This document shows, piece by piece, positions 19,238-28,215 of a stretch of DNA of 64,000 nucleotides (within the stretch, counting starts at the first letter, position 1; every line of letters begins with the position of its first letter). A program made the translations under genes and the position numbers. The notes beneath the pieces are model-generated. The model was not told where the DNA came from. It ran no database searches and was given only the letters and a program-made list of their open reading frames with translations. The stretch covers positions 10,545 to 74,544 of the forward strand of contig DAOOIT010000016.1 of NCBI GenBank assembly GCA_035384565.1, given 5' to 3'. The stretch comes from Planctomycetota bacterium. Its GTDB lineage: Bacteria; Planctomycetota; PUPC01; DSUN01.

Positions 19238-21541
19238 ATGGTTCGCGAGTTGACAGTGCTGCCCAGCTTCGACCCGAAGATCGTCGAGCTTGGCCAGATT
19301 CCTGTGTACCAATACAACCGCACGCTCGAGCAGGAACTTGCCGACGGGCGGCTGACCGAGCGCGATGCCAGGCAGTTCCTCGAGTTCATGATGACGATCC
19401 GCGCCTTCGAGGAGATGATCGTCGCGGCGCGCAACCAGGCCTATGAGCCGCTCAAGGGCATCGCGTTCGAGTATCGCGGCCCCACCCACCTCTCGATAGG
19501 CCAGGAGGCCACCAGCGTGGGCGGGTGCGCCGCCCTCCGCCTCACCGACTACATTACCAGCACCCACCGCGGGCACGGCGACGGCATCGCCAAGGGCTGC
19601 TTCGCCGTCTACCAGCGCGACCCCGCCACGCTGCGCAAGGTGCTGGGTCTCTCGGAGGCCGAGAAGCTCAGCGAGGAGGCCCTGCGCGAGAGGGCCATGG
19701 AGCACCACCTCTTCCGCACGGCTGCCGAGCTGTTCGGGCGCGACGCCGGCTACTGCCGGGGCCGCGGGGGCGGGATGCACATCGCCGATTTCAGCGTCGG
19801 CCACCTGGGCGCCAATGCCATCGTCGGCGGCAGCATCGGCATCGCGGCAGGGGCGGGAATGTCGGCACGCTATCGCCACAGCGGCCAGGTGTGCCTCTGC
19901 TTCGCGGGCGACGGCGCCTACTGCAACGGCATTTCCTTCGAAGCCCTCAACATCGCCTCGATGGGACAGTTCACCAACGAGCTGGCGTCGCACCCCTTTG
20001 GCGTCCCCACCATCTTCGCCATCGTCAACAACCAGTACGCCATGACCGGCCAGGTAGACGGCGAGGTAACAGGGGTGGACCACATGGCCCGCCGCGGCGC
20101 GGCCTTCCGGCCGGACAACCTGCACGCCGAGGTGATCAACGGCATGGACGTTCTGGCCGTCCTCGACGGCGTGCGCCGCGCCGCCGAACTCGCCCAGGAG
20201 GGCAAGGGCCCCGTCATCCGCGAGCTAGTGACCTATCGCTACCACGGCCACTCGCTGAGCGACCCTCGCATCGAGTACCGCTCGAAAGAGGAGGAGGCCG
20301 CCTGGCGGCAGGTGGACCCCATCGCCCGCCTCTCCGGCCAGCTTGTCGAAGCCAAGGTGTGCACCCAGGACGAGATCGAGGCGCTCCAGAGGAAGGTGGA
20401 TGAGCGGCAGGGCCGCGCCGCGCGCCGCGCGGCAGAGGCCCCTGAGCCGAAGGCCGAGGACGTGCTCGTATTCATGTACAGCAGCGGCACGTCGGACACG
20501 GTTCCCGCCGCGGCCAAGGAGCCCCGCCAACTCACCACGCCTGAGCCTCTCCCGCGCAAGGGCGGCAAACTGAGCTTCAAGGATGCCATCAAGGAGGCCC
20601 TCATCGAGGAGATGGTGCGCGACAACCGCGTGATCTTCTACGGCGAGGACGTGGCCGACTACGGCGGCGCCTTCAAAGTCACCAAGGGGCTGATTGACAT
20701 CTTCGGGCGTGATCGCGTGTTCAACACCTCCATCTCCGAGGCTGCGATCATCGGCACCGCGGTCGGTGCGGCCATGACGGGCCTCCGCCCCGTGGTGGAG
20801 CTGATGTATTCGGACTTCGAGTACCAGGCGGGCGACCAGATCTACAACCAGGCGGCCAAGTGGTCGTACATGTCGGGGGGCTCCCTGTCGGTGCCCCTCG
20901 TCATCCGCTCGTCGGTGGGCGCGGGCAAGGGCTATGGAGGCCAGCATTCGCAGAGCCTCGAATCGCATTCCACGCACACGCCCGGCATCAAGGTGGTCTT
21001 CCCCAGCACGCCGTACGACGCGAAGGGCCTGCTCAAGACGGCCATCCGCGATGACAATCCCGTGATGTTCTGCGAGAGCCAAGCCCTCTACAACGATCTG
21101 GGCGAGGTGCCGGCCGAGGACTACACAATCCCCTTCGGCCGGGCGGCCGTCCGCCGCGAGGGCTCCGACCTCACCATTGTGGTCTGGGGCAAGGTGGCGT
21201 CCGACGTCCTCGAGGCCGCCCGAGTCCTCGAAGCCGAGCACAGCATCGCTGTCGAGGTCATTGATCCCCGCACCCTCATCCCGTTCGACATCGAGACCGT
21301 GTTGCGCTCGGTGCGCAAGACCGGCCGAGCCATCGTGGCCTCACAGGCCTGCCGCACCGGCAGCTACACGGGCGAGATCGCCGCGCAGATTCAGGAGCTG
21401 GCCTTCGACTACCTCGACGCCCCGGTCGGCAGGATTGGCGCCCTGGATGGGGTGTCGCCGCAATCCTACGTCCTCGAGCAGGCTTTCCTGCCAAGCGTAG
21501 CCACCATCATCGAGACCGCGCGCAAACTGGTCGGGCGGTGA
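19238..21541 (+). CDS. thiamine-diphosphate-dependent 2-oxoacid dehydrogenase E1 component, fused alpha and beta subunits
   Basis: The N-terminal half carries the E1-alpha TPP-binding region (YRGHGDGIAKG; GGGMHIAD; GDGAYCNG). The C-terminal half is the E1-beta transketolase-like Pyr and C-terminal domains (FGEDVADYGGAFKVTKGL...). ATG at 19238 follows GGAGGA at 19227. Confidence 0.85.
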   Translation: MVRELTVLPSFDPKIVELGQIPVYQYNRTLEQELADGRLTERDARQFLEFMMTIRAFEEMIVAARNQAYEPLKGIAFEYRGPTHLSIGQEATSVGGCAALRLTDYITSTHRGHGDGIAKGCFAVYQRDPATLRKVLGLSEAEKLSEEALRERAMEHHLFRTAAELFGRDAGYCRGRGGGMHIADFSVGHLGANAIVGGSIGIAAGAGMSARYRHSGQVCLCFAGDGAYCNGISFEALNIASMGQFTNELASHPFGVPTIFAIVNNQYAMTGQVDGEVTGVDHMARRGAAFRPDNLHAEVINGMDVLAVLDGVRRAAELAQEGKGPVIRELVTYRYHGHSLSDPRIEYRSKEEEAAWRQVDPIARLSGQLVEAKVCTQDEIEALQRKVDERQGRAARRAAEAPEPKAEDVLVFMYSSGTSDTVPAAAKEPRQLTTPEPLPRKGGKLSFKDAIKEALIEEMVRDNRVIFYGEDVADYGGAFKVTKGLIDIFGRDRVFNTSISEAAIIGTAVGAAMTGLRPVVELMYSDFEYQAGDQIYNQAAKWSYMSGGSLSVPLVIRSSVGAGKGYGGQHSQSLESHSTHTPGIKVVFPSTPYDAKGLLKTAIRDDNPVMFCESQALYNDLGEVPAEDYTIPFGRAAVRREGSDLTIVVWGKVASDVLEAARVLEAEHSIAVEVIDPRTLIPFDIETVLRSVRKTGRAIVASQACRTGSYTGEIAAQIQELAFDYLDAPVGRIGALDGVSPQSYVLEQAFLPSVATIIETARKLVGR

Positions 21542-21563
21542 GCAGCGGAAAGGGACTTCCCGG

Positions 21564-22004
21564 ATGGCCGACAGCCCTTCGACCTATCATCGGGCGCTGC
21601 CGCTCACGACCGGGCAACTTGAGGCGCTCTGCCCCGCCAGCGTCTTCCGCCAGGCGGCGCGGTACGCCAAGAGCGCGCACATGGTGGACCGGCTGCGAAT
21701 CGGCGAGGCCCTCTACGCGCGGTTCCACGGCACCCGAGGCATCTACTCGACTCGCATCGCCGTGGCCGAGCGCGACCTCAAGTTCGAATGCACGTGTCCG
21801 CTGGCCAACCCCCGCCAGCCCTGCAAACACGCCATCGCGCTGGGCCTGGGCTGGCTCGAGAGCCCTGGCAGCTTTCACGACCTGGACCTCACGCTGGCAC
21901 GCCTGGCCCACGCGCGCAAGGCTGAAATCCTCACGCTGTTGCGCCAGGCCGCCCAGCAGTTGCCAGAGCTCGTTCCCCTGCTCGACCGGCGCCGCCCCTC
22001 GTAA
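21564..22004 (+). CDS. SWIM zinc-finger protein
   Basis: CxCx(n)CxH motif in FECTCPLANPRQPCKHAIAL. A 146-aa ORF immediately downstream of the E1 gene. Confidence 0.6.
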   Translation: MADSPSTYHRALPLTTGQLEALCPASVFRQAARYAKSAHMVDRLRIGEALYARFHGTRGIYSTRIAVAERDLKFECTCPLANPRQPCKHAIALGLGWLESPGSFHDLDLTLARLAHARKAEILTLLRQAAQQLPELVPLLDRRRPS

Positions 22005-22007
22005 CCG

Positions 22008-24503
22008 TCATTCCATTCCGCAGACCGCCTCAGCCGCCCACCGAAGCTCCAGCCGCACGACGCGGCGGTTCATCGCGTCAGCGACGTAGAGGCGCCCTCT
22101 CTGCACCTGCCCCGCGCTCACGGCCATCGGCCAGCCGAGCGGCACGTCGGGCTCGGGCACGGGGCTCTGTGGGCCGGCGGAGTCGGGGTTGCCGTAGTAG
22201 CCGAAACGCAGGATCTCATTCCCCGCGTTGTCCACCACCGCCACATAGTAGTCCAGAGCGTTGGGGATGTAGAGGCGCCCCCACGGGTCGAGGTCGAAGC
22301 GGCCCTCCTTGCACACGCAGCCGCCTTCCACCTGCGGCGCCAGGATGGGATAGGCGGCAAGAGCGCCCTTCACATAGTCCCCCACCTGACTCCCCGCCCA
22401 GGCCATGCCCTGGCCCTCCGCCTCTTCGCCCTGCGCGAGCTTCACGTAGCCGCCACCTTCGGGGCCGAACTTGACAATGGCGCCCTTGGTGCGCCGCTTG
22501 TCAGCGGCCGCGGGAGAGCCCGCCGGGGCGCCGTGGAGGCCAACATAGATGTTGCCCGCTGCATCCACGCACAGCCCGCCGCCTTGGGGGTCCGTCGGCC
22601 CCACCAAACCATCGGCGGGGCCGGAGTGCTTCTCGGCCTGCCCATTCGCGTCCCACACGCTGACATGGTACTTGCACCAGTCGAACATGTGATGGACGTA
22701 GATTCGGCCGCTCGGGGCGACCCAGAGGCCCTTGTTCGACCACCCGTGGCCGTAGCGGCCATAGACGTCTTTGCCTGTAGTGGTCAGCGTGGTCGTGTTC
22801 TTGCCTGTGGCGGCGAACGGCACAGGCTTGAACTCGCAGTCGAAGCGGGTCACGAGTTCGTGCCAGCCCTGCTGGCCATAGACGTAGAGGCGGCCGTCGG
22901 GGCCGAAGGCCAACTCCATCCCCTTGAGCGGGAAGGGCCTCTTCTCGCCCGTGAGGCCGTCGCAGCGGGTGAGGCCGCTCCAGCCGTCGCTCACCACGAT
23001 GTCGTCGGAGAAGGGGTCGGCCCACACCTTGACCACGGCCTCGGGCATCAGAACCTCCTCGCCGCCCAGCTTGCCGGTGACGACGAACGCCGTCCCACGG
23101 TCCTCGATGCGGGTGACGCCCTCCGTCTTCATCCCGCGCCCTTCGGGATGAATGGCCTCCTGGCACACGTTGCTGAGCCAGATAACGGCGGGGTCCTGCG
23201 AGGCATCCACGGCCATCGCAGGAGCGTTCAGGCAGCCGAGCGTCAACTCGGCGAGCACCTTGCCGTCCTTCCACCCCGAGAGCTTGAGCAGCTTGACCTC
23301 GTTGACGGCCTTGTAGCCGTTGACGATTCTCCGTGTGGTGACGTAGACCCCCGGCCCCTTGGGGCTGAGAGCCACCAGGTCGGGCCACTCGACAGGCGTA
23401 GAGCCGAGCAGCTTGCCGGCAGGGTCGTACACGGCGAGGCGCTGGTTCACCCGGTCGCACACGTAGATGCGCCCCTCCCTGTCGGCGGCGAGTCCGTGCA
23501 AGGCGCTGAGGCCGTTCTTGCGGCCCCAGTTGGTGTAGTGATACCAGCCGTTCTTCTCCTTCGCCCAGAAGTTATCGGCAGGCACGTCAATCGCAATGAA
23601 GGGGGAGCGTTCGCCGGTCGCTGGGTCCACCTTGAAGACCTGTCCGTCAGCGATCTTGCGGCTCTCGTGATACCAGCCGGCGAGATAGAGGCTCCTGCCG
23701 TCAGGCGCGGCGGCCCAGCAGATCGGCCCCTGGGCGGGCGGCGCAGGCGTCTTCGTGTCGCCCCAGGCGATGCACGCGCCGTCGGCCGCGCGAATGCGGC
23801 ACAACTCGCCGCGGCCGTTCGTGAGCCACAGCACCCCGCTCTGCACGCGACTCCCGATGAAGCCGCCGATGGCCTCGGGGTGAATCCACGGCAGGAGTGC
23901 GTTGTGCTGCGGGGGACTGAGCTTCCCGTCGCGAAGCGCCGGCTTGCCAAAGCCTTCGACCTCCCCTGCCTTCAGGTTGGCGGGATAGGGGAAGATCGTT
24001 CGCAGGTACTTGCCCGTGCGGTCGAACACCTTGATGGTGAAGATGTTTCCCCCATAGCCGCCGCCCGTGGCCACGTAGACCTCGCCCTGGTCGTCGGTCG
24101 CAAGGCCGTAGACCTTGCTCGCGATGGCCTCGGGGCCGCCGATGATGCCGGAGAACACCGCCTGCGCGCCGAGGCGGACATAAGCTTTGAAAGGCGCGCC
24201 CTTGGCCGGCTGGCCGAGGTCATCGGAACCATCCCACTCGAGGCTCTGCGTCAGCCCGGGCCTCAGGGGCGGCGGCGGCGCGTTCTGGCCGCCGAGCGCC
24301 CCGGCGGCCAGATGCCGCACGACGTTGCTCTGGACATCGAGGATGCTCACCTCGGCATCCGTCGGCGCGTTGACCGCAAACTCGACGAGCCGTTTCGCCC
24401 CGTCCGTGCGCACGGTCGGCTTCTGCGCGAAGTCGGGCTTCACCTCGCCGGCCAATGCCGTGCCGACAAGCAACGCACACGTTGCCGCAAGGGTGGTTCT
24501 CAT
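22008..24503 (-). CDS. secreted NHL-repeat beta-propeller protein
   Basis: Signal peptide MRTTLAATCALLVGTALA. NHL-like repeats (GRIYVCDRVNQRLAVYD; GRLYVADAMNRRVVRL; GNIYVGLHG). 831 aa. Confidence 0.7.
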   Translation of the reverse strand: MRTTLAATCALLVGTALAGEVKPDFAQKPTVRTDGAKRLVEFAVNAPTDAEVSILDVQSNVVRHLAAGALGGQNAPPPPLRPGLTQSLEWDGSDDLGQPAKGAPFKAYVRLGAQAVFSGIIGGPEAIASKVYGLATDDQGEVYVATGGGYGGNIFTIKVFDRTGKYLRTIFPYPANLKAGEVEGFGKPALRDGKLSPPQHNALLPWIHPEAIGGFIGSRVQSGVLWLTNGRGELCRIRAADGACIAWGDTKTPAPPAQGPICWAAAPDGRSLYLAGWYHESRKIADGQVFKVDPATGERSPFIAIDVPADNFWAKEKNGWYHYTNWGRKNGLSALHGLAADREGRIYVCDRVNQRLAVYDPAGKLLGSTPVEWPDLVALSPKGPGVYVTTRRIVNGYKAVNEVKLLKLSGWKDGKVLAELTLGCLNAPAMAVDASQDPAVIWLSNVCQEAIHPEGRGMKTEGVTRIEDRGTAFVVTGKLGGEEVLMPEAVVKVWADPFSDDIVVSDGWSGLTRCDGLTGEKRPFPLKGMELAFGPDGRLYVYGQQGWHELVTRFDCEFKPVPFAATGKNTTTLTTTGKDVYGRYGHGWSNKGLWVAPSGRIYVHHMFDWCKYHVSVWDANGQAEKHSGPADGLVGPTDPQGGGLCVDAAGNIYVGLHGAPAGSPAAADKRRTKGAIVKFGPEGGGYVKLAQGEEAEGQGMAWAGSQVGDYVKGALAAYPILAPQVEGGCVCKEGRFDLDPWGRLYIPNALDYYVAVVDNAGNEILRFGYYGNPDSAGPQSPVPEPDVPLGWPMAVSAGQVQRGRLYVADAMNRRVVRLELRWAAEAVCGME

Positions 24504-24659
24504 GCCACTTCGCTCCAGGCTCCTGGGTTACCCTCGCCGTGCGCCGTATCGTATTCCGTCCTGCGGCCCTGTCAAGGCTTGATTTGCCTCCCCCCTTCGG
24601 CTAAGCTGGCGCTCAGTCGCCGGCACACCCATAGATTTCCCTGTGGAAGGAGACCCCTG

Positions 24660-25394
24660 ATGCGTGCGATGGCTCTTGCCGCGTTGGTATTCGTCGGCCT
24701 GGTGAGCGGAACCGTTCGAGCCGCGGAGGCCGAGGGGAAGCTCAAGGTGCTCGTCGTGTGGGGCGGCCACGGCTTCAACCAGCCCGCCTTCTGGCAGATG
24801 TTCAAGGACAACCCCGACATCGCCTACACCGAGGCCAAGCACGAGAAGACCTCCGAGGTCTACGACCGCGACGACCTGCTCACCTACAATGCCATCGTGC
24901 TCTACGACTTCTGGCAGAACATCACGGACGACCAGAAGAAGAGGTTCGAATCCCTGCTCGACAAGGGCGTAGGTCTCGTCGTCCTCCACCACGCCCTGGC
25001 CACCTACCAGGACTGGCCTGTGTTCGAGAAGACGGTCGGCGGCAAGTTCCTCCTCCGCGACGAGGAGCGCAACGGCATCAAGGTGCCCAAGTCGGGCACC
25101 GGCGGCGGCGAGATCGCCCTGCACGTGTGCTCGAAGGACCACCCGATCACGAAGGGGATGGACGACTTCAAACTCCAGGACGAGTACTACAACAAGTGCC
25201 TCGTGAGCAAGGACGTGACGCTGCTCCTCACCACCGACTGCCCGGGGAATCAGAGGGAAGTGGCCTGGTGCCACGAACAGGGCAAGTCGCGCGTCGTCTA
25301 CATCATGAGCGGCCACGACCAGAAGGTCTATAACGACGCCAACTACCGCCGGCTCCTGGCCAACGCGATCCAGTGGGCCGCCCGAAAGCTCTGA
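24660..25394 (+). CDS. ThuA-like (trehalose-utilisation, class-I glutamine-amidotransferase-like) secreted protein
   Basis: Signal peptide MRAMALAALVFVGLVSG. Blocks KVLVVWGGHGF...VVLHHA match the ThuA family. ATG at 24660 follows GGAAGGA. The N-terminal 2.1 kb of the long ORF 22533-25394 is antisense to the NHL gene. Confidence 0.75.
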   Translation: MRAMALAALVFVGLVSGTVRAAEAEGKLKVLVVWGGHGFNQPAFWQMFKDNPDIAYTEAKHEKTSEVYDRDDLLTYNAIVLYDFWQNITDDQKKRFESLLDKGVGLVVLHHALATYQDWPVFEKTVGGKFLLRDEERNGIKVPKSGTGGGEIALHVCSKDHPITKGMDDFKLQDEYYNKCLVSKDVTLLLTTDCPGNQREVAWCHEQGKSRVVYIMSGHDQKVYNDANYRRLLANAIQWAARKL

Positions 25395-25499
25395 GCAGAG
25401 ATTGGCGGTTGATCTCCTGCTCCTCTTCCGGGATAATCCGAGGTGGCGTTGTGGCCCGAGGGGCACGCTTCGGCCATCCCTGAACCTAGGAGGAATCGC

Positions 25500-26759
25500 A
25501 TGCGGCGTACGGCGCTGGTCTGTCTGGGGCTCATTGCGGGCGCTTCTGCCCTGGCGGCCGACTGGCCCCGCTGGCGTGGGCCCAAGAACGACGGCATCTG
25601 CACCGAGACCGGCCTCCTCAAGGAATGGCCCGCCGAGGGCCCTAAGCTGCTCTGGACCGCCACCGGCGTGGGCAAGGGCTTCTCCAGCATGTCCATTGTC
25701 GCCGGCAAGCTCTACACCATGGGCGACCTCAAGACCGAGGAGGGCGAACGCCAGCACGTCATCGCCCTCGACCTCGCGTCGCAGAAGATCATCTGGACCG
25801 CGCTCGTCGGCCCGCCGCACGGCGACGGCTCACGTTGCACACCCACCTTCGACGAGGGGCTCCTCTACGCCGTCGGCACCGATGGCGACCTGGTGTGTGT
25901 GCAGGCCGCGGACGGCAAGGTGGTCTGGAGGAAGAACTTCAGCAAGGACTTCGGCGGGCGCATGATGTCGGGCTGGAAGTACAGCGAGTCGCCGCTCGTG
26001 GATGGCGACAAGCTCCTATGCACGCCCGGCAGCGACCAGGCGGCTATCGTGGCGCTGAACAAGAAGACCGGCGAGACGATCTGGAAGTGCGCCTCGCCCA
26101 AGCCCGTGGGCGGCGCCGGCTATGCCTCGATTGTCGTGTCGGAAGGCGCCGGGGTGCGCCAGTACATCACCCTTTTCGGCCGCGGCGCCCTGAGCGCCAG
26201 GGCCGACGACGGCAAGTGCCTCTGGCACTACCCCCGCATCGGCAACGGCACCGCCAACATTCCCACGCCCGTGGCGGATGGCGACTACGTGTTCGTCTCC
26301 ACCGCCTACGGCACCGGAGCGGCCCTGCTCAAGCTCTCGCCGGCCGACGGCGGCGTGAAGGCTGAGGAGGTCTACTTCCTCGACGCCAAGACGTTCCAGA
26401 ACCACCACGGCGGCTTCGTGAAGGTGGGCGACTACATCTACGGCGGCAGCGGCCACAATGCCGGCAAGCCCACTTGCCTTGAAATGAAGACGGGCAGAGT
26501 CGTGTGGCAGGAGGACCAGCCGGGCGGCGGCTCGGGGGCCGTGCTCTATGCCGACGGCAACCTGATCATCCGTTATCAGGGCAAGGAGGTGTGCCTCATC
26601 GGCGCCACGCCCGAAGGCTACAAGCTCAAGGGCAAGTTCACGCCCCCCGGCCAGCCCGGCATGGGCGGCCCCGCCTGGGCGCACCCCGTCATCAGCGACG
26701 GCAAGCTCTATCTCCGCCACGCCAACTACGTCTTCTGCTACGACATCAAGGGGAACTGA
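25500..26759 (+). CDS. secreted PQQ-like (BamB-type) beta-propeller repeat protein
   Basis: Signal peptide is present. ADWPRWRGPKNDG is the typical start. There are repeated W..G and G.LY...DG.L.A.D..TG blades. ATG at 25500 follows AGGAGGA. Confidence 0.75.
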   Translation: MRRTALVCLGLIAGASALAADWPRWRGPKNDGICTETGLLKEWPAEGPKLLWTATGVGKGFSSMSIVAGKLYTMGDLKTEEGERQHVIALDLASQKIIWTALVGPPHGDGSRCTPTFDEGLLYAVGTDGDLVCVQAADGKVVWRKNFSKDFGGRMMSGWKYSESPLVDGDKLLCTPGSDQAAIVALNKKTGETIWKCASPKPVGGAGYASIVVSEGAGVRQYITLFGRGALSARADDGKCLWHYPRIGNGTANIPTPVADGDYVFVSTAYGTGAALLKLSPADGGVKAEEVYFLDAKTFQNHHGGFVKVGDYIYGGSGHNAGKPTCLEMKTGRVVWQEDQPGGGSGAVLYADGNLIIRYQGKEVCLIGATPEGYKLKGKFTPPGQPGMGGPAWAHPVISDGKLYLRHANYVFCYDIKGN

Positions 26760-26800
26760 GCGAGGCGACGCCCCGTTATCGCTGCCCGCCGACAGCCACG

Positions 26801-26836
26801 AACCCACCCGAAGGTTCCAACGCCTTCGGGTGGGTT
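26801..26836 (+). terminator. GC-rich stem-loop (AACCCACCCGAAGG-TTCCAACG-CCTTCGGGTGGGTT) 42 nt downstream of the 25500-26759 gene
   Basis: A 14-bp perfect stem seen in the sequence. It belongs to a hairpin family sharing the loop GGTTCCAAC (see 55056-55157, 12170-12189). Confidence 0.4.
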
Positions 26837-26900
26837 TCGCTTTGGCCTCTGAGCGGTCACACGGCTGGTGCCGTGCCGCCATGACGCGGGCGGTGCCACG

Positions 26901-28187
26901 CTACCTGCCAACGCAGAACACGCTCTTCTGGCCGACAAGGAACAGGCACCCGCCCGCCACAGCCGGCGAAGGATGGCTTCCGTCGCCCAGGTCGTTGGTG
27001 GCGAGAACTCTGAACTCCGGGCCGGCCTGGACGACGTAGCTCTTGCCCGCGTTGGCGAAGAAAAGGCGGCCCTCCGGGTCGGCGATGGGGCTCGCCCAGC
27101 CGGAGGAAATGCCCTCCAGCCGCTGTGTGTAGACCTCCTTGCCCGTCGCCGCCTCCCAGCACCGCAGCGTGCCCTGGTCGTAGAGCCGGTAGACGTGGCC
27201 TCCGACGATGATCGGCGAACTGAGCCCGCCGCCCGAAGCGACCTTCCACTTGACGTGCGTCGCCGTCACGTCGCCCTCGCCTGTGGGGTCCACGGCAGCG
27301 CCTGGGCCGCCGCGCCCGTTGTCGAAGTAGACGATCCCCGCGCCATAGGCCGGGGACGATGTCTCCCCTGCCCCAGCGCACCACCAGAGGGTCTTGCCCG
27401 TGGCGGGGTCGAGGCTCCGCAAGGCGTCGGGCAGGCGCCCGAGACCGCCGGCGAGGACGAGCATCTGCGGCTTGCCCTTCACCTCGATGAGCGTGGGCGT
27501 GCTGTGGCCGAAGCCCATCGTGGGCTGCTTCGCCTCCCACTTCACCTCGCCCGTCGCCTTGTCGTAGGCCGACACCCGCGAGTTCTGCGGCACGGTCTCA
27601 TAGGCGAAGATCAGCGTGTCCTCGTAGAGAATCGGGCTGCTGCCCACCGTGACGTCGAAGTCACCCGGCACGAGTTCCCGGCGCCACACGATCTTGCCTT
27701 CGTAGTCGAGGGCGGCGAGCACCTTGGATCCGAAGGCGGCATAGACGAGCTTGCCGTCGGTGCAAGGCGTAGGCGCGGCATAGCCGCCGCCGGGGCCGCT
27801 GCGAAAGTCGTTCCGCAGCCAGGGGCCGGGCGGCACCTGCGTGTCCCAGAGCAGCTTGCCGTCGCTCGTGTCGTAGCACAGCACGTGATGCTCGGGCATC
27901 ATCTTGCCGTCCGGCTTGCCCTCCCCCGGCCACCGCACGGTGGAGATGAACAGGCGATTGCCCCAGACAATGGGGCTGGCATGCCCCTGGCCGACGAGCG
28001 GCGACTTCCAGCGCACATTCTCATTCTTCGGCCCGCCCCAGGTGAGGGGCAGGCTGGCTTCCTTCGTATAGCCCAGCCCCGTCGGCCCGCGGAACTGCGG
28101 CCAGTTCTCCTCCCGTGCCCAGGCGAGCCTGGCGGCCACAGCGGCCAGGCACAGCGTTGCTGCGGCTGTTAGTCGGTGGCATGCCAC
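26901..28187 (-). CDS. secreted PQQ-like beta-propeller repeat protein (second copy, divergent from 25500-26759)
   Basis: GTG start (VACHRLTAAATLCLAAVAARLAWA signal peptide) preceded by GGAGGA. ENWPQFRGPTGLGY is the typical PQQ-propeller start. The upstream 1.4 kb of the 902-aa ORF is low-complexity S/P/A/T/R read-through and was rejected. Confidence 0.75.
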   Translation of the reverse strand: MACHRLTAAATLCLAAVAARLAWAREENWPQFRGPTGLGYTKEASLPLTWGGPKNENVRWKSPLVGQGHASPIVWGNRLFISTVRWPGEGKPDGKMMPEHHVLCYDTSDGKLLWDTQVPPGPWLRNDFRSGPGGGYAAPTPCTDGKLVYAAFGSKVLAALDYEGKIVWRRELVPGDFDVTVGSSPILYEDTLIFAYETVPQNSRVSAYDKATGEVKWEAKQPTMGFGHSTPTLIEVKGKPQMLVLAGGLGRLPDALRSLDPATGKTLWWCAGAGETSSPAYGAGIVYFDNGRGGPGAAVDPTGEGDVTATHVKWKVASGGGLSSPIIVGGHVYRLYDQGTLRCWEAATGKEVYTQRLEGISSGWASPIADPEGRLFFANAGKSYVVQAGPEFRVLATNDLGDGSHPSPAVAGGCLFLVGQKSVFCVGR

Positions 28188-28215
28188 GTTGGGTCCTCCT
28201 TCGCAGTTGCTCGGA

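Noticed and set aside
22533-24659. First 2.1 kb of the 953-aa plus-strand ORF 22533-25394
   Set aside because: It is antisense to the NHL-repeat gene. The recognisable ThuA-like protein with signal peptide and Shine-Dalgarno begins at 24660.
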